Part shown: piece after piece, positions 28,560 to 37,052 of the stretch
How the letters are laid out: each line of letters opens with the position of its first letter
How positions within the stretch are numbered: position 1 is the stretch's first letter
Assembly (NCBI RefSeq): GCF_003851045.1
Contig: NZ_BFBX01000005.1
Location: forward strand, 1 to 48,872
Reading direction: 5' to 3'
Source: Paenibacillus sp. 598K
Lineage (GTDB): Bacteria > Bacillota > Bacilli > Paenibacillales > Paenibacillaceae
DNA: 48,872 bases
The notes under the pieces: generated by a model
What the model saw: the letters and a program-made list of their open reading frames with translations, nothing else
What the model was told of the DNA's origin: nothing
The model's database searches: none
Position numbers and translations under genes: made by a program

Positions 28560-30116
28560 TTGAGCCCATCAGAAGTGTGGATACCTGTCGTGTTTTATTG
28601 GCTGCCAATGCTTATTTTCTTCTATATGGGATTGGATGTGTTGCTGCGCAATCCAAAAAAGCTGGAGCATATTTTGGTCAGCTTGACGATTTTGTGCTAT
28701 TTCCTGTTATTCCTTGAAGAATACATCCGCTATATGCTGCCGATCGAGTACAGTCCGGCGCTTGCGGCGCTATGGTTTGCCAATGTCGGTATCGCCATCC
28801 CGGGGCTAGGCTTTCATCTGCTTGCCAAGCTGATCGGGCTGGACAAGCGGCTGCCGCGTCCATGGTATCCTTACATTTTTCATGTGCTGCTGCTGGCGAT
28901 CCCGGCAAGCTTCCTTAGTCGCGGCGAGCTGATCTCGGCGCAGGAGTTCGTCGCGGTCGGCGTCTGGAAGTGGCCAGTGGCCAACGCGGCCTATTACGGC
29001 ACGCTTACGGCAAGCCTGTCGCTGAGCCTGATCTCGATCGTGCTGCTACGCATCGCCCGCAAGCGCAACAATCGATATGCTCTCAAGGAGCATAACGGGA
29101 TTTTCACTCTACTGGAGTATGGCAGCATCATTACGTTTAGTTGGGTCGTGCTCTTCGGTTATTTCCAGCTGGGCGAGTTCGTGCCGCCGTATCCATACCT
29201 GTATGCGGGATTGATCTGGTGTTTCGTGTTGCGTCTGGCGATGCAGCGATACGAGTTTCTTAATTATAATGGTCACCGTTATGAGAAGCTGTTCCAGATG
29301 AATCCGCAGCCGATCCTGCTGGTCGCCTCGACAGGTAAGATCAAGGAAGCCAATCCGAGCGCCCGGCAGTTGTTCTACCAAGTGGATCTAGTCTCCGCGA
29401 CACTTCACACGCTGGGCGGCGAGGCGTTGCATTACCAACTGCTGCAGCGGAAGGACATCCACGAGCAGGAGATGACGCTGCGCAATGGCGACCGCTCCAT
29501 CGAGGCGCTCGTCAGCGGAGATTATGTAACCGTTAACGATGAACCGCATGCGATCCTGATCGTCCATGATATTGGCGCGCGCAATGAATCGCTGCGACGA
29601 ATCGCGCACATGGCGTATCACGATCCGCTGACAGACCTGCCGAACCGCAGACAGTTCTACGACAAGCTGAATCATGCTATCGAGACGGCTGACGATCGCG
29701 AGCTAGCTGTCATGGTCATCGACCTCGACGACTTCAAGCGGGTCAACGACCGTTACGGTCATGAAGCGGGAGATCTCGTGCTGCGGCGCGTGGCGGCTAT
29801 CCTACGGGAGACGGTGGGCGAGGCGGGCACGGCGGCGCGCATCGGCGGCGATGAGTTCGTGCTCTTCTTCGTCCGGGCTCAGGGATGTCCTGAGGCCGAG
29901 GCTGTGATCGAACGGATCGAAGGCGCTGCGACATCTACGGTGCTGGAGTATGGCGGCGAGCGCCTGCAGATCCGCATGAGCATCGGCATGAGCCGCTACC
30001 CTGCCGACGGCGCGACCCCAGACGAGCTGCTCAAGCATGCCGACCATACGATGTATACCTTCAAGCAAGGCCGCAAGCGCGACGCTGCCGTGGCGGAGGA
30101 GCAGGAGCGGGCTTGA
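28560..30116 (+). CDS. Membrane sensor diguanylate cyclase (multi-TM N-terminus, PAS-like domain, GGDEF). TTG start.
   Basis: RQFYDKLNHA...VMVIDLDDFKRVNDRYGHEAGDLVLRRVA...ARIGGDEFVLFF is a GGDEF active site. Five to seven N-terminal TM helices. GGAGGAG RBS before the TTG. Confidence 0.8.
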   Translation: MSPSEVWIPVVFYWLPMLIFFYMGLDVLLRNPKKLEHILVSLTILCYFLLFLEEYIRYMLPIEYSPALAALWFANVGIAIPGLGFHLLAKLIGLDKRLPRPWYPYIFHVLLLAIPASFLSRGELISAQEFVAVGVWKWPVANAAYYGTLTASLSLSLISIVLLRIARKRNNRYALKEHNGIFTLLEYGSIITFSWVVLFGYFQLGEFVPPYPYLYAGLIWCFVLRLAMQRYEFLNYNGHRYEKLFQMNPQPILLVASTGKIKEANPSARQLFYQVDLVSATLHTLGGEALHYQLLQRKDIHEQEMTLRNGDRSIEALVSGDYVTVNDEPHAILIVHDIGARNESLRRIAHMAYHDPLTDLPNRRQFYDKLNHAIETADDRELAVMVIDLDDFKRVNDRYGHEAGDLVLRRVAAILRETVGEAGTAARIGGDEFVLFFVRAQGCPEAEAVIERIEGAATSTVLEYGGERLQIRMSIGMSRYPADGATPDELLKHADHTMYTFKQGRKRDAAVAEEQERA

Positions 30117-30123
30117 GGCGGGA

Positions 30124-30588
30124 GTGTCATCGCGACAAATCGCACAAAATGTCCCGCATGCGGCGCCGTAGCCGGGAGATGTGCGAAATATCGCACAAAA
30201 TGTGCCACATACGGCGCCGTGGCCGGGAGATGTGCGAAATATCGCACAAAATGTCCCGCATGCGGCGTCTTGGCCGGGAGATGTGCGAAATATCGCACAA
30301 AATGCCCCGCATGCGGCGTCTTGGCCGGGAGATGTGCGAAATATCGCATAAAATGTCTCGCGTGCGGCGCCGTAGCCGGGAGATGTGCGAAATATCGCAC
30401 AAAATGTGCCACATGCGGCGCCGTGGCCGGGAGATGTGCGAAATATCGCACAAAATGTCCCGCATGCGGCGCTTTGGCGGAGAGATGTGCGAAATATCGC
30501 ATAAAATGTCTCGCGTGCGGCGTCTTGGCCGGGAGATGCGCGAAATATCGCACAAAATGCCCCGCATGCCGTTCATGCGATAGGCCAT
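30124..30588. repeat. Tandem array of about 9.5 copies of a 51-bp unit (GTGCGAAATATCGCACAAAATGTCCCGCATGCGGCGCCGTAGCCGGGAGAT). Each unit has the hairpin GTGCGA-aata-TCGCAC plus a second variable GC-rich hairpin.
   Basis: Exact 51-bp periodicity read directly from the sequence. Variation is confined to about 10 positions in the second hairpin. The all-frame ORFs 30113..30583, 30219..30590, 30127..30588 and 29996..30598 are periodicity artefacts (51 = 17 codons). Confidence 0.9.
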
Positions 30589-30593
30589 AGCGC

Positions 30594-30652
30594 GACAAAG
30601 GAGCTGCCCTCAGTCATCCAACGATGACTAAGTGAGCAGCTCCTTTTCCATT
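30594..30652 (+). terminator. Rho-independent terminator (11-bp stem AAAGGAGCTGC/GCAGCTCCTTT with a structured loop, then TTTTCCATTTT)
   Basis: It lies immediately after the 51-bp array. This implies the array is transcribed as the 3' UTR of the GGDEF gene. Confidence 0.5.
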
Positions 30653-30727
30653 TTAGCAACGGATATATATAGCAATGTGTCAGAGGTTGCGCACCAGTCG
30701 CCCACCAGCCGTCACCGGGCCTTCTTG

Positions 30728-30933
30728 CCGCGCTATACCGCAGCTTGCCGCCACCGCGCCTTGTTCCGTGCTATACCGCAGCTTCCCGCCACCGGGCCCG
30801 CTAACCTACACCGCCGCTTGCCGCCACCGCGCCTCGTTTCCGCGCTACATCGCAGCTTCCTGCCACCGTGCCGATTCCGCGCGACACCACCGCGCACCCT
30901 TCCGCGCTACGCCGCCGCAGCTCCTCACCTCGC
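30728..30933. repeat. Five to six degenerate GC-rich ~36-bp direct repeats (CCGCGCTATACCGCAGCTTGCCGCCACCGCGCC-like)
   Basis: Read directly. Located between the terminator and the 3' end of the GH92 gene. Confidence 0.6.
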
Positions 30934-33126
30934 TTAACGCTTCGTCAGCGAGAAAGGCAGCTCCTCGGCGCTGTAGCTCCGGTAAGTCGGAGCCAGACCG
31001 AGGCGGAAGTCAAGCGAGCGTCCAGCCATCAGGTCCTCATGCGTTACATACAGCTTGGTATAAGTCTCGCCGTCCTGCGCCACATGGCTGACGAAGTTCG
31101 ACTGCGAGTTGTTGTTGTCGGTCGTGATGCGCAGCTGATTGCCATTTGCCAGCTCGATCGTGACGCTGTCCAGCAACGGGATGCCCAGCACATACTGATC
31201 GGTGCCCGGGCAGACCGGATAGAAGCCCATCGCGCTAAACACGTACCAGCCTGCCATACTGCCGTTGTCCTCGTCGCCGGGGAAGCCGTCGAAGCCGCTG
31301 TTGAACAGATGTGTCATGATCTGCTTGATGACGACCTGCGACGACGCCGGCTGCCCGACATAGTTGAACAGATACGGGAGGTGGAAGCTTGGCTGATTGG
31401 AGATCGCCACCTGGCCAAAGTCGACCGCCGCCATCTCGCTCATCTCGTGGATCTCGAAGCCGTAGCCTCGCACATCGAAGTCCGGCGCCTTGTTGCACAG
31501 CTCGGTTAGCTTCTCGAAGAAACGCTCATCCGAGCCGTACGCCTCGATCAAGCCCTGGAAGTCATGGTAGACGGCAAAGCCGTTCTGCCAGGCGCTGCCC
31601 TCCGCATAGTCGAGTCCCCAAGCGGTGTCGTCGAAGTTCGGGCGGAACTCACCGTCCTTATCCTTGGCCCGCATGAAGCCGAGCTCGGCGTCGAAGATGT
31701 TGCGGTAATTGCGCGAGCTCTGCCGGTACTGCTCGGCCAGCTCCGGTTTGTCCTGCTGCTCCGCCACCTGACTGATGCAGAAGTCGCTGTACGCGTAGTC
31801 CAGTGTATGGTTGACGCTCTCGTGATGATCGAGCGGCACATAGCCGTGCGCGAGATAGTCTGTGGTGCCTTGACGACCGTAGCCTTGGACCTCGCTCTGC
31901 GTAGTTGCGGCCTTGATCATCGCCTCCAGCAGCTCCGGCATCAGATGCGGTGCGATCCCTTTGACGGCAGCATCGGCGATGACGGCATCGATCAGTGTCC
32001 CCGGCATGATGCCACGCTCGTCGGGAGAGAGCCATTTCGGCAGGAAGCCCGTCTCGCGGTAAGAGTTGAGGAAGCCCTCCAGCATCTCTGCATACTCGTC
32101 CGGCGCGATCAGCGAGTAGAGCGGGTAGACGGTCTTGTACGTGTCCCAGAAGCCGTTGCTCGTATAGAGGATGCCCGGCTTGACGGCCTTGGCCGTCGTG
32201 TCGTAGTGGATCGGCGAGTTGTGCTCGTCCAGCTCATAGAACTTCTGCGGGAACAGGAACATCCGATACAGACACGTGTAAAAGGTCCGCAGTTGCTCCT
32301 CATCGCGGTGCGTCACCTGGATCTTGTTCAGGTAATGATTCCAACGCTCGGCCGCTTGCACCTTCAGCTCCTCGAAGGTTGGCGTCAACTCGCGACTATA
32401 GTTCAGCCGGGCTTGCTCGAAGCTGATATAGGAGGTTGCCAGCTTGGCTTGGAGCGTCCCTCGCTCGCAGCCAACGAAGCGGATGACCAGATGCTGATTG
32501 TCCCCCTCCAGCTCAGTGGCTGTCGTGAAGTTGCCTTTGTCGTCATAGACGCCGGATGCGGCGGCATCGATCTCGCGGTCGAAGGTGAGTACGGCGTAGA
32601 TGCCGAATTTGTCGTCGCGGCAGCCGGCGAAGTTGTTGAAGAAGCCGCTAAGTGTGCGATTCTCAACGTCCAGCGTCAGCTTGCTTTTCTGCTTGCTATT
32701 GATGACCAGACCTGCCTGCTGAGCGGAATTGTAGCGGATCTGCAGCGCCGCGCCGTAGCAGGTTGGCGTCAGCTCGGAGACGATGTTGTACCGCTGCTGT
32801 TTGACCCGCACGTAGTGCGGCTTGAACACCGCTTCCTCCGGCCGATAGGAGCTCTGGCAGGTGAATACGATGCCTCGCACCTTGGTATCGGCGATTGGGG
32901 TCATCAGGAAGGTGGCGAAGTCGCCCATCCACGGACTCGGCTGATGCGTCAGACGGAAGCCCTGGAATATCCGGTCATTCGGGTTGAAAAACCAGTTGCC
33001 CTCGTTTTCGGTCTGAACGGCAAAGTGGTTCATGCCAAACGGCACAGCTGTGTAAGGCAACGTATTGCCGTTGGAGTACGTGTACTTGTTGTTGGTTCCT
33101 TGACGGGTATCGATGTAATGCAGCAT
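30934..33126 (-). CDS. GH92 alpha-1,2-mannosidase-like glycoside hydrolase, cytoplasmic (730 aa)
   Basis: N-terminus MLHYIDTRQGTNNKYTYSNGNTLPYTAVPFGMNHFAVQT and an overall length of about 740 aa are typical of GH92. Start at ATG 33126, 8 nt after AAAGGAG. The track start at 33165 has no RBS. Confidence 0.85.
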   Translation of the reverse strand: MLHYIDTRQGTNNKYTYSNGNTLPYTAVPFGMNHFAVQTENEGNWFFNPNDRIFQGFRLTHQPSPWMGDFATFLMTPIADTKVRGIVFTCQSSYRPEEAVFKPHYVRVKQQRYNIVSELTPTCYGAALQIRYNSAQQAGLVINSKQKSKLTLDVENRTLSGFFNNFAGCRDDKFGIYAVLTFDREIDAAASGVYDDKGNFTTATELEGDNQHLVIRFVGCERGTLQAKLATSYISFEQARLNYSRELTPTFEELKVQAAERWNHYLNKIQVTHRDEEQLRTFYTCLYRMFLFPQKFYELDEHNSPIHYDTTAKAVKPGILYTSNGFWDTYKTVYPLYSLIAPDEYAEMLEGFLNSYRETGFLPKWLSPDERGIMPGTLIDAVIADAAVKGIAPHLMPELLEAMIKAATTQSEVQGYGRQGTTDYLAHGYVPLDHHESVNHTLDYAYSDFCISQVAEQQDKPELAEQYRQSSRNYRNIFDAELGFMRAKDKDGEFRPNFDDTAWGLDYAEGSAWQNGFAVYHDFQGLIEAYGSDERFFEKLTELCNKAPDFDVRGYGFEIHEMSEMAAVDFGQVAISNQPSFHLPYLFNYVGQPASSQVVIKQIMTHLFNSGFDGFPGDEDNGSMAGWYVFSAMGFYPVCPGTDQYVLGIPLLDSVTIELANGNQLRITTDNNNSQSNFVSHVAQDGETYTKLYVTHEDLMAGRSLDFRLGLAPTYRSYSAEELPFSLTKR

Positions 33127-33166
33127 GGGATGCGCTCCTTTTGGATAGTTTTCAATACAAAGCAAC

Positions 33167-34291
33167 TTATAATGTACGGACCGAACCGCGTTCGACGAGC
33201 TTCACGGGGACGACGGCGGCGGGCTGGGTCAGATGCGGGTTGCGAATCTGTCGCAGCAGCGTCTCTGCGGCCAGGTAGCCGATCCGGGCGAAGTCCTGCG
33301 CCATCGTCGTCAGCCCAGGTGCGATATACTCGGCCAACTGGATGTCGTCGAAGCCGATGACCGACAGATCATCCGGTACGCTCAGACCGATCGACTGGGC
33401 GGCGCGAATGCACTCGATCGCAGTCAGGTCATTGGTCGCGACGATGGCCGTGATCCCCTGCTCCTGCAGCAGCCGGATCGCGCGGACGAAGAGTAGTGCT
33501 TCCTCGCCCTCGGCCACCCGGTCCGCCTCATTGAGTCGGAACAGCTCGATCGCCTCAAGGCTTGGCACCGCATGCTCGTGCATCGCCTTCAGATAACCCC
33601 AGTAACGCTCGCGCTCCGTATAAAAGCTGGCGGGCTCGTTGGTGGACAAGAAGGCGATCCGGCGATGGCCGCGCGCGATCAGATGGGCAGTCGCCTCGTA
33701 TGCGCCGCCCAGATTATCGGATACGACGGCAGGGAAGGGGAGACCTTCCAGCTGCTTGTCCAGGAGGACCACCGGGTATCGCCGCAGCGCATACTGATAG
33801 AGCAGATCGAGATCGGCGTTGCTTACCGGATAGAAGATCAGACCCTGATGCTTGCCGAGCAGCGCGTGCTCCAGCAGTCGGCGCTGGCTCGCAGGAGAGC
33901 TCGCCTGGATATGGAGCGTGTGCCCGGACGCGTCGAGACGTTCCTGGATGCCTTGTCCATAGTCGCCGAGACCAGGATTATGGCTGAATGGCAGCATCAG
34001 CAGCACCTCGTTGCCGATTCCTCCGGAGCCTGCGCCAGCGCTTGGACCCGTCCCGTCAGATGCAGCTCGCAGCTCACGCTCGCTGACGAAGCTGCCTTTG
34101 CCGCGGATGCGGTAGATCAGTCCTTCGTTTTCCAGCTCGCTTAGCGCGCGCTTCGACGTGATCCGGCTGACGCCGAATTGCTGCGACAGCTCGGCCTCCG
34201 TCGGCACCTGATCGCCGCTTTTCAGCTCGCCGGAGGCGATCTGCTTTCTTAGCGCTTGGACGATTTGTTGATACAGCGGGAGCTCTGTCAT
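33167..34291 (-). CDS. GntR-HTH plus LacI/PBP1-type sugar-binding domain regulator (AraR-like architecture)
   Basis: N-terminal YQQIVQALRKQIASGELKSGDQVPTEAELSQQFGVSRITSKRALSELENEGLIYRIRGKGSFV is a GntR wHTH. The C-terminal periplasmic-binding-fold domain reads ...AIVATNDLTAIECIRAAQSIGLSVPDDLSVIGFDD. Confidence 0.8.
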   Translation of the reverse strand: MTELPLYQQIVQALRKQIASGELKSGDQVPTEAELSQQFGVSRITSKRALSELENEGLIYRIRGKGSFVSERELRAASDGTGPSAGAGSGGIGNEVLLMLPFSHNPGLGDYGQGIQERLDASGHTLHIQASSPASQRRLLEHALLGKHQGLIFYPVSNADLDLLYQYALRRYPVVLLDKQLEGLPFPAVVSDNLGGAYEATAHLIARGHRRIAFLSTNEPASFYTERERYWGYLKAMHEHAVPSLEAIELFRLNEADRVAEGEEALLFVRAIRLLQEQGITAIVATNDLTAIECIRAAQSIGLSVPDDLSVIGFDDIQLAEYIAPGLTTMAQDFARIGYLAAETLLRQIRNPHLTQPAAVVPVKLVERGSVRTL

Positions 34292-34537
34292 ATGGATAAC
34301 ACCTCACACCAAAGAATATATCATATCTGTATTTGGTATATCAAATAAAAGATGACTGGCTGGATTTCTGTGACTCGTTGCTTGGAGGCTGCGATAAAGG
34401 GAGGAGCGATTAGCTAGTCATGGAGTGGAAAGTCAAGCAGCAGAAGCAGCATCAGTAGCATCAGCAGCAGAAGAAGAAGAGAGGATTATTGCGTATCGGA
34501 TGAGTATTGAGGTGATTGCGAGGTGGAACGAATGTAA

Positions 34538-34575
34538 AAACAGGACTGCCGGAGAAGTTCCGGCAGTCCTGGTGG
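34538..34575 (-). terminator. Rho-independent terminator (12-bp perfect stem CAGGACTGCCGG/CCGGCAGTCCTG, U-tract on the minus strand)
   Basis: On the minus strand it is followed by TTTTTACATT. It lies about 320 nt downstream of the Gfo/Idh/MocA gene end. Confidence 0.55.
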
Positions 34576-34589
34576 CTCGTTGGTTAGTC

Positions 34590-34860
34590 TAACGGTCACA
34601 TTTGCAGCTTGGAAGCAAAAATGGCGTGCTTTCGATTTTTAACGGACAAATGTGCGCCTTAGAGAGCAAAAGTGAAGGTGGATCGACGGGTTTGGGCGGC
34701 TAAGCGACAATTATGACCGTTACCTGAGAAGAGTGGCGGAAGCAGCCTGTAACGGGTAAATATGTCCGTTAGAAGTAGCGTGGAGCATCGCCATCTCTGG
34801 TCCGTGGTAATCGCCGCCCTAAGCGCCAACTGAGCAGCGACGTCCCGATCCGGCTCGGCC
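34590..34860. repeat. Five imperfect direct repeats, TAA(C/G)CG-N3-4-AA(A/T)T..., at 50-70 bp spacing in an ORF-free 3' region
   Basis: Units at about 34590, 34640, 34701, 34750 and 34820. Some form inverted pairs (TAACGG...CCGTTA). Confidence 0.4.
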
Positions 34861-34892
34861 CATCCGAGCGCCCGCCCTCCGCGTCCAGCTCT

Positions 34893-35903
34893 CTACAGCG
34901 TCACCGTCTCGCCGCCCTGATCGGCGGAGCGGACCTCGGCCTCGATGATCTCCAGCGAGCCGACGGCGCTCTCCGGGGTGCAGATCGCGACCGGCGTGCC
35001 GGCGCTCACCGAGGAGAGGAAGTACTTGATCTGACGGTAGTAGCCCATATCCGGCGACAGCTCGGCGGTATAGCCGGGCTCATCGTTCGGATGCACCTTG
35101 ACGACGCCTTGCTCGAAGACGAGATTGCCGCGCTCGAAGTTAACCCGATACGACATCGAGAAGCCAAAGTCGCCCTCCAGCGTCCAGTCGGCCTGGGCGT
35201 TGATCGCCTTGCCGTCCGGATAGATGTAGTTAGTGGAGACGGCATCGTAAGCGCTGCCCGGGATGACGTTGCGAGCAATCGAGGACACCTTGGCCGGCTT
35301 GCCGAACAGCCAGTGGATCATGTCGGTGTCATGGATGTGCATGTCGAGCATGCAGCCGCCGCTCTTGCTGCCGTCGAGGAACCAGCCCTTCGGCGCGCCT
35401 GAGCCGCGGAAGAAATAACCCGCCGTTGCTTCGCCAAAGGTTTTGTCCTCGACATAGGACTTGAGCAGCTCATAGGCTGGCCAGAAGCGCAGGCATTGGC
35501 CGATCATCAGCGTCTTGCCGGTCCGCTCGGCTGTCTCGACCATACGTCGGCCGTCGGCTGCGTTGCCGGCGACCGGCTTCTCGCAGAGCACATGATAGCC
35601 GCGCTCGAGCAGCGAGCAGGTCAGGTCGGCATGGAGATACGTAGGCAGCGTGATGTCCACGACATCGAGCTCCTCTGCGGCCAGCATCGTCTCGATGTCG
35701 TCATAGAGACGGTATGTGCTCAGATCGTACACCTCTTGGCCGGTGTCGATATTACCTGACGCCTTGCCTTCCTTGAGCTCGTCGATGAGCTTGTCGCAGA
35801 TGGCGACGAGCTCGACCGGCTCGCCTTCCTTCATCAGTCGTACATAGTTGTCGAAGTGCATCCGGCCCATAAAGCCGAATCCGATCAAGCCTACCTTAAG
35901 CAT
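34893..35903 (-). CDS. Gfo/Idh/MocA-family NAD(P)-dependent oxidoreductase
   Basis: MLKVGLIGFGFMGRMHFDNY is the Rossmann motif, and ...EKPVAGNAADGRRM is the family EKP motif. AAGGGAGG RBS. Confidence 0.9.
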   Translation of the reverse strand: MLKVGLIGFGFMGRMHFDNYVRLMKEGEPVELVAICDKLIDELKEGKASGNIDTGQEVYDLSTYRLYDDIETMLAAEELDVVDITLPTYLHADLTCSLLERGYHVLCEKPVAGNAADGRRMVETAERTGKTLMIGQCLRFWPAYELLKSYVEDKTFGEATAGYFFRGSGAPKGWFLDGSKSGGCMLDMHIHDTDMIHWLFGKPAKVSSIARNVIPGSAYDAVSTNYIYPDGKAINAQADWTLEGDFGFSMSYRVNFERGNLVFEQGVVKVHPNDEPGYTAELSPDMGYYRQIKYFLSSVSAGTPVAICTPESAVGSLEIIEAEVRSADQGGETVTL

Positions 35904-36023
35904 GAGAGAGCCTCCCTTAGTCTGTAAGTAATGGAATGAGTGAGCAAGTGACGGAGCGCCGCCGATCCCGCATCCGCGAGCCTACCCGACGCGCAGGTCC
36001 GGCCGAAGCCCGCATCTACGACG

Positions 36024-36878
36024 CTACTCGGCGCGCCGTGTCCGTCCGAGGATCGCATCCATAGCGCTCGACGTGTTGTAGATAATCTGCTCGCTATGAT
36101 GCGTGTACGGCGGGATCATCTCAGCTGTGACATAGCTGTCGTAGCCGATGCCACGCAGCGCGGTCATGACGGCGGGGTAGTCGACATCGCCGGCCAGCAG
36201 ATCGACGAAGCCGTGCAGTCCGCCGGCCTGGCGACGATAATCCTTGAAGTGCACCCGCTTGATCCGCTCGCCGAGGATACGGATCCACTGCTCGGGATAG
36301 CCGTTGTGCAGCGTGTTGCCGACATCGAAGTACGAGCCGACATACGGCGATTGGTGTGCGTCGAGGAAGTTGCGCATCTCCAGCGGCGTCAGCAGGAATT
36401 TGTTCCATACATTCTCGATGGCGATCGAGACGCCGGCCTTCTCCGCGTAGGGCACGAGCGAGCCGATCGCTTCCAACGCGCGGTCATAAGCGACCTCGTA
36501 ATCGACCACCTCGCTGCCCGGGATGAAGTCGACGCCGACGGCGCCGGGGATGACCAGGATGGCATCGACGCCAAGCGCGGCTGCTGCTTCCAGCTGCTTT
36601 TTGCACACATCGACAGCTTTGGTCCGCTTCGCCGCGTCCTCGCTCGTCATTGCATAATCCCAGTACAGACCGGTCGCCAGCCCTGCCAGCTCCAGCTGCG
36701 CATCCTCCAGACGCGCCTTGATGTCGGCCAGCTCCTTATCGGACGATTGCAGACTGAGCTCGCCGGTTTCGTTCAGTGACAGCTCAATGCCGTCAAAGCC
36801 GGCTTTTTTGGCCGTTGCGATCGCAGATGCGATCGTTGTTCCTTCTCCGAATGACCAGATATTGATTCCTTTTTTCAT
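36024..36878 (-). CDS. Sugar phosphate isomerase/epimerase (xylose-isomerase-like TIM barrel)
   Basis: MKKGINIWSFGEG...AGFDGIELSLNE...IAIENVWNKFL is typical of the AP-endonuclease-2/xylose-isomerase-like fold. AAAGGAGG RBS. Confidence 0.85.
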   Translation of the reverse strand: MKKGINIWSFGEGTTIASAIATAKKAGFDGIELSLNETGELSLQSSDKELADIKARLEDAQLELAGLATGLYWDYAMTSEDAAKRTKAVDVCKKQLEAAAALGVDAILVIPGAVGVDFIPGSEVVDYEVAYDRALEAIGSLVPYAEKAGVSIAIENVWNKFLLTPLEMRNFLDAHQSPYVGSYFDVGNTLHNGYPEQWIRILGERIKRVHFKDYRRQAGGLHGFVDLLAGDVDYPAVMTALRGIGYDSYVTAEMIPPYTHHSEQIIYNTSSAMDAILGRTRRAE

Positions 36879-37052
36879 GCGAGGAAGCCTCCTTTTCCGC
36901 TATGCGGAGGGGTTATTTTGACCATATCCGTGACTTGTGTCGATTTGGTGAATGGGGTAATATAGCTATAATTGTAGAGGATAATGGCGTAGATTGATTT
37001 AGCGGGATAAGAGAATAGTTGGACGAATCCGTGATGGCGGGAGTTGGTGAGG

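Noticed and set aside
30124-30588. Possible CRISPR array
   Set aside because: There are no unique spacers. The entire 51-bp unit repeats with only point variants, and there are no cas genes in the window.
29996-30598. Four overlapping 120-200-aa ORFs (both strands) with 17-aa periodic peptides such as MSRMRRRSREMCEISHK
   Set aside because: They coincide exactly with the 51-bp (17-codon) tandem DNA repeat. Every frame is open because the repeat lacks stops. None has an RBS or a protein-like composition.
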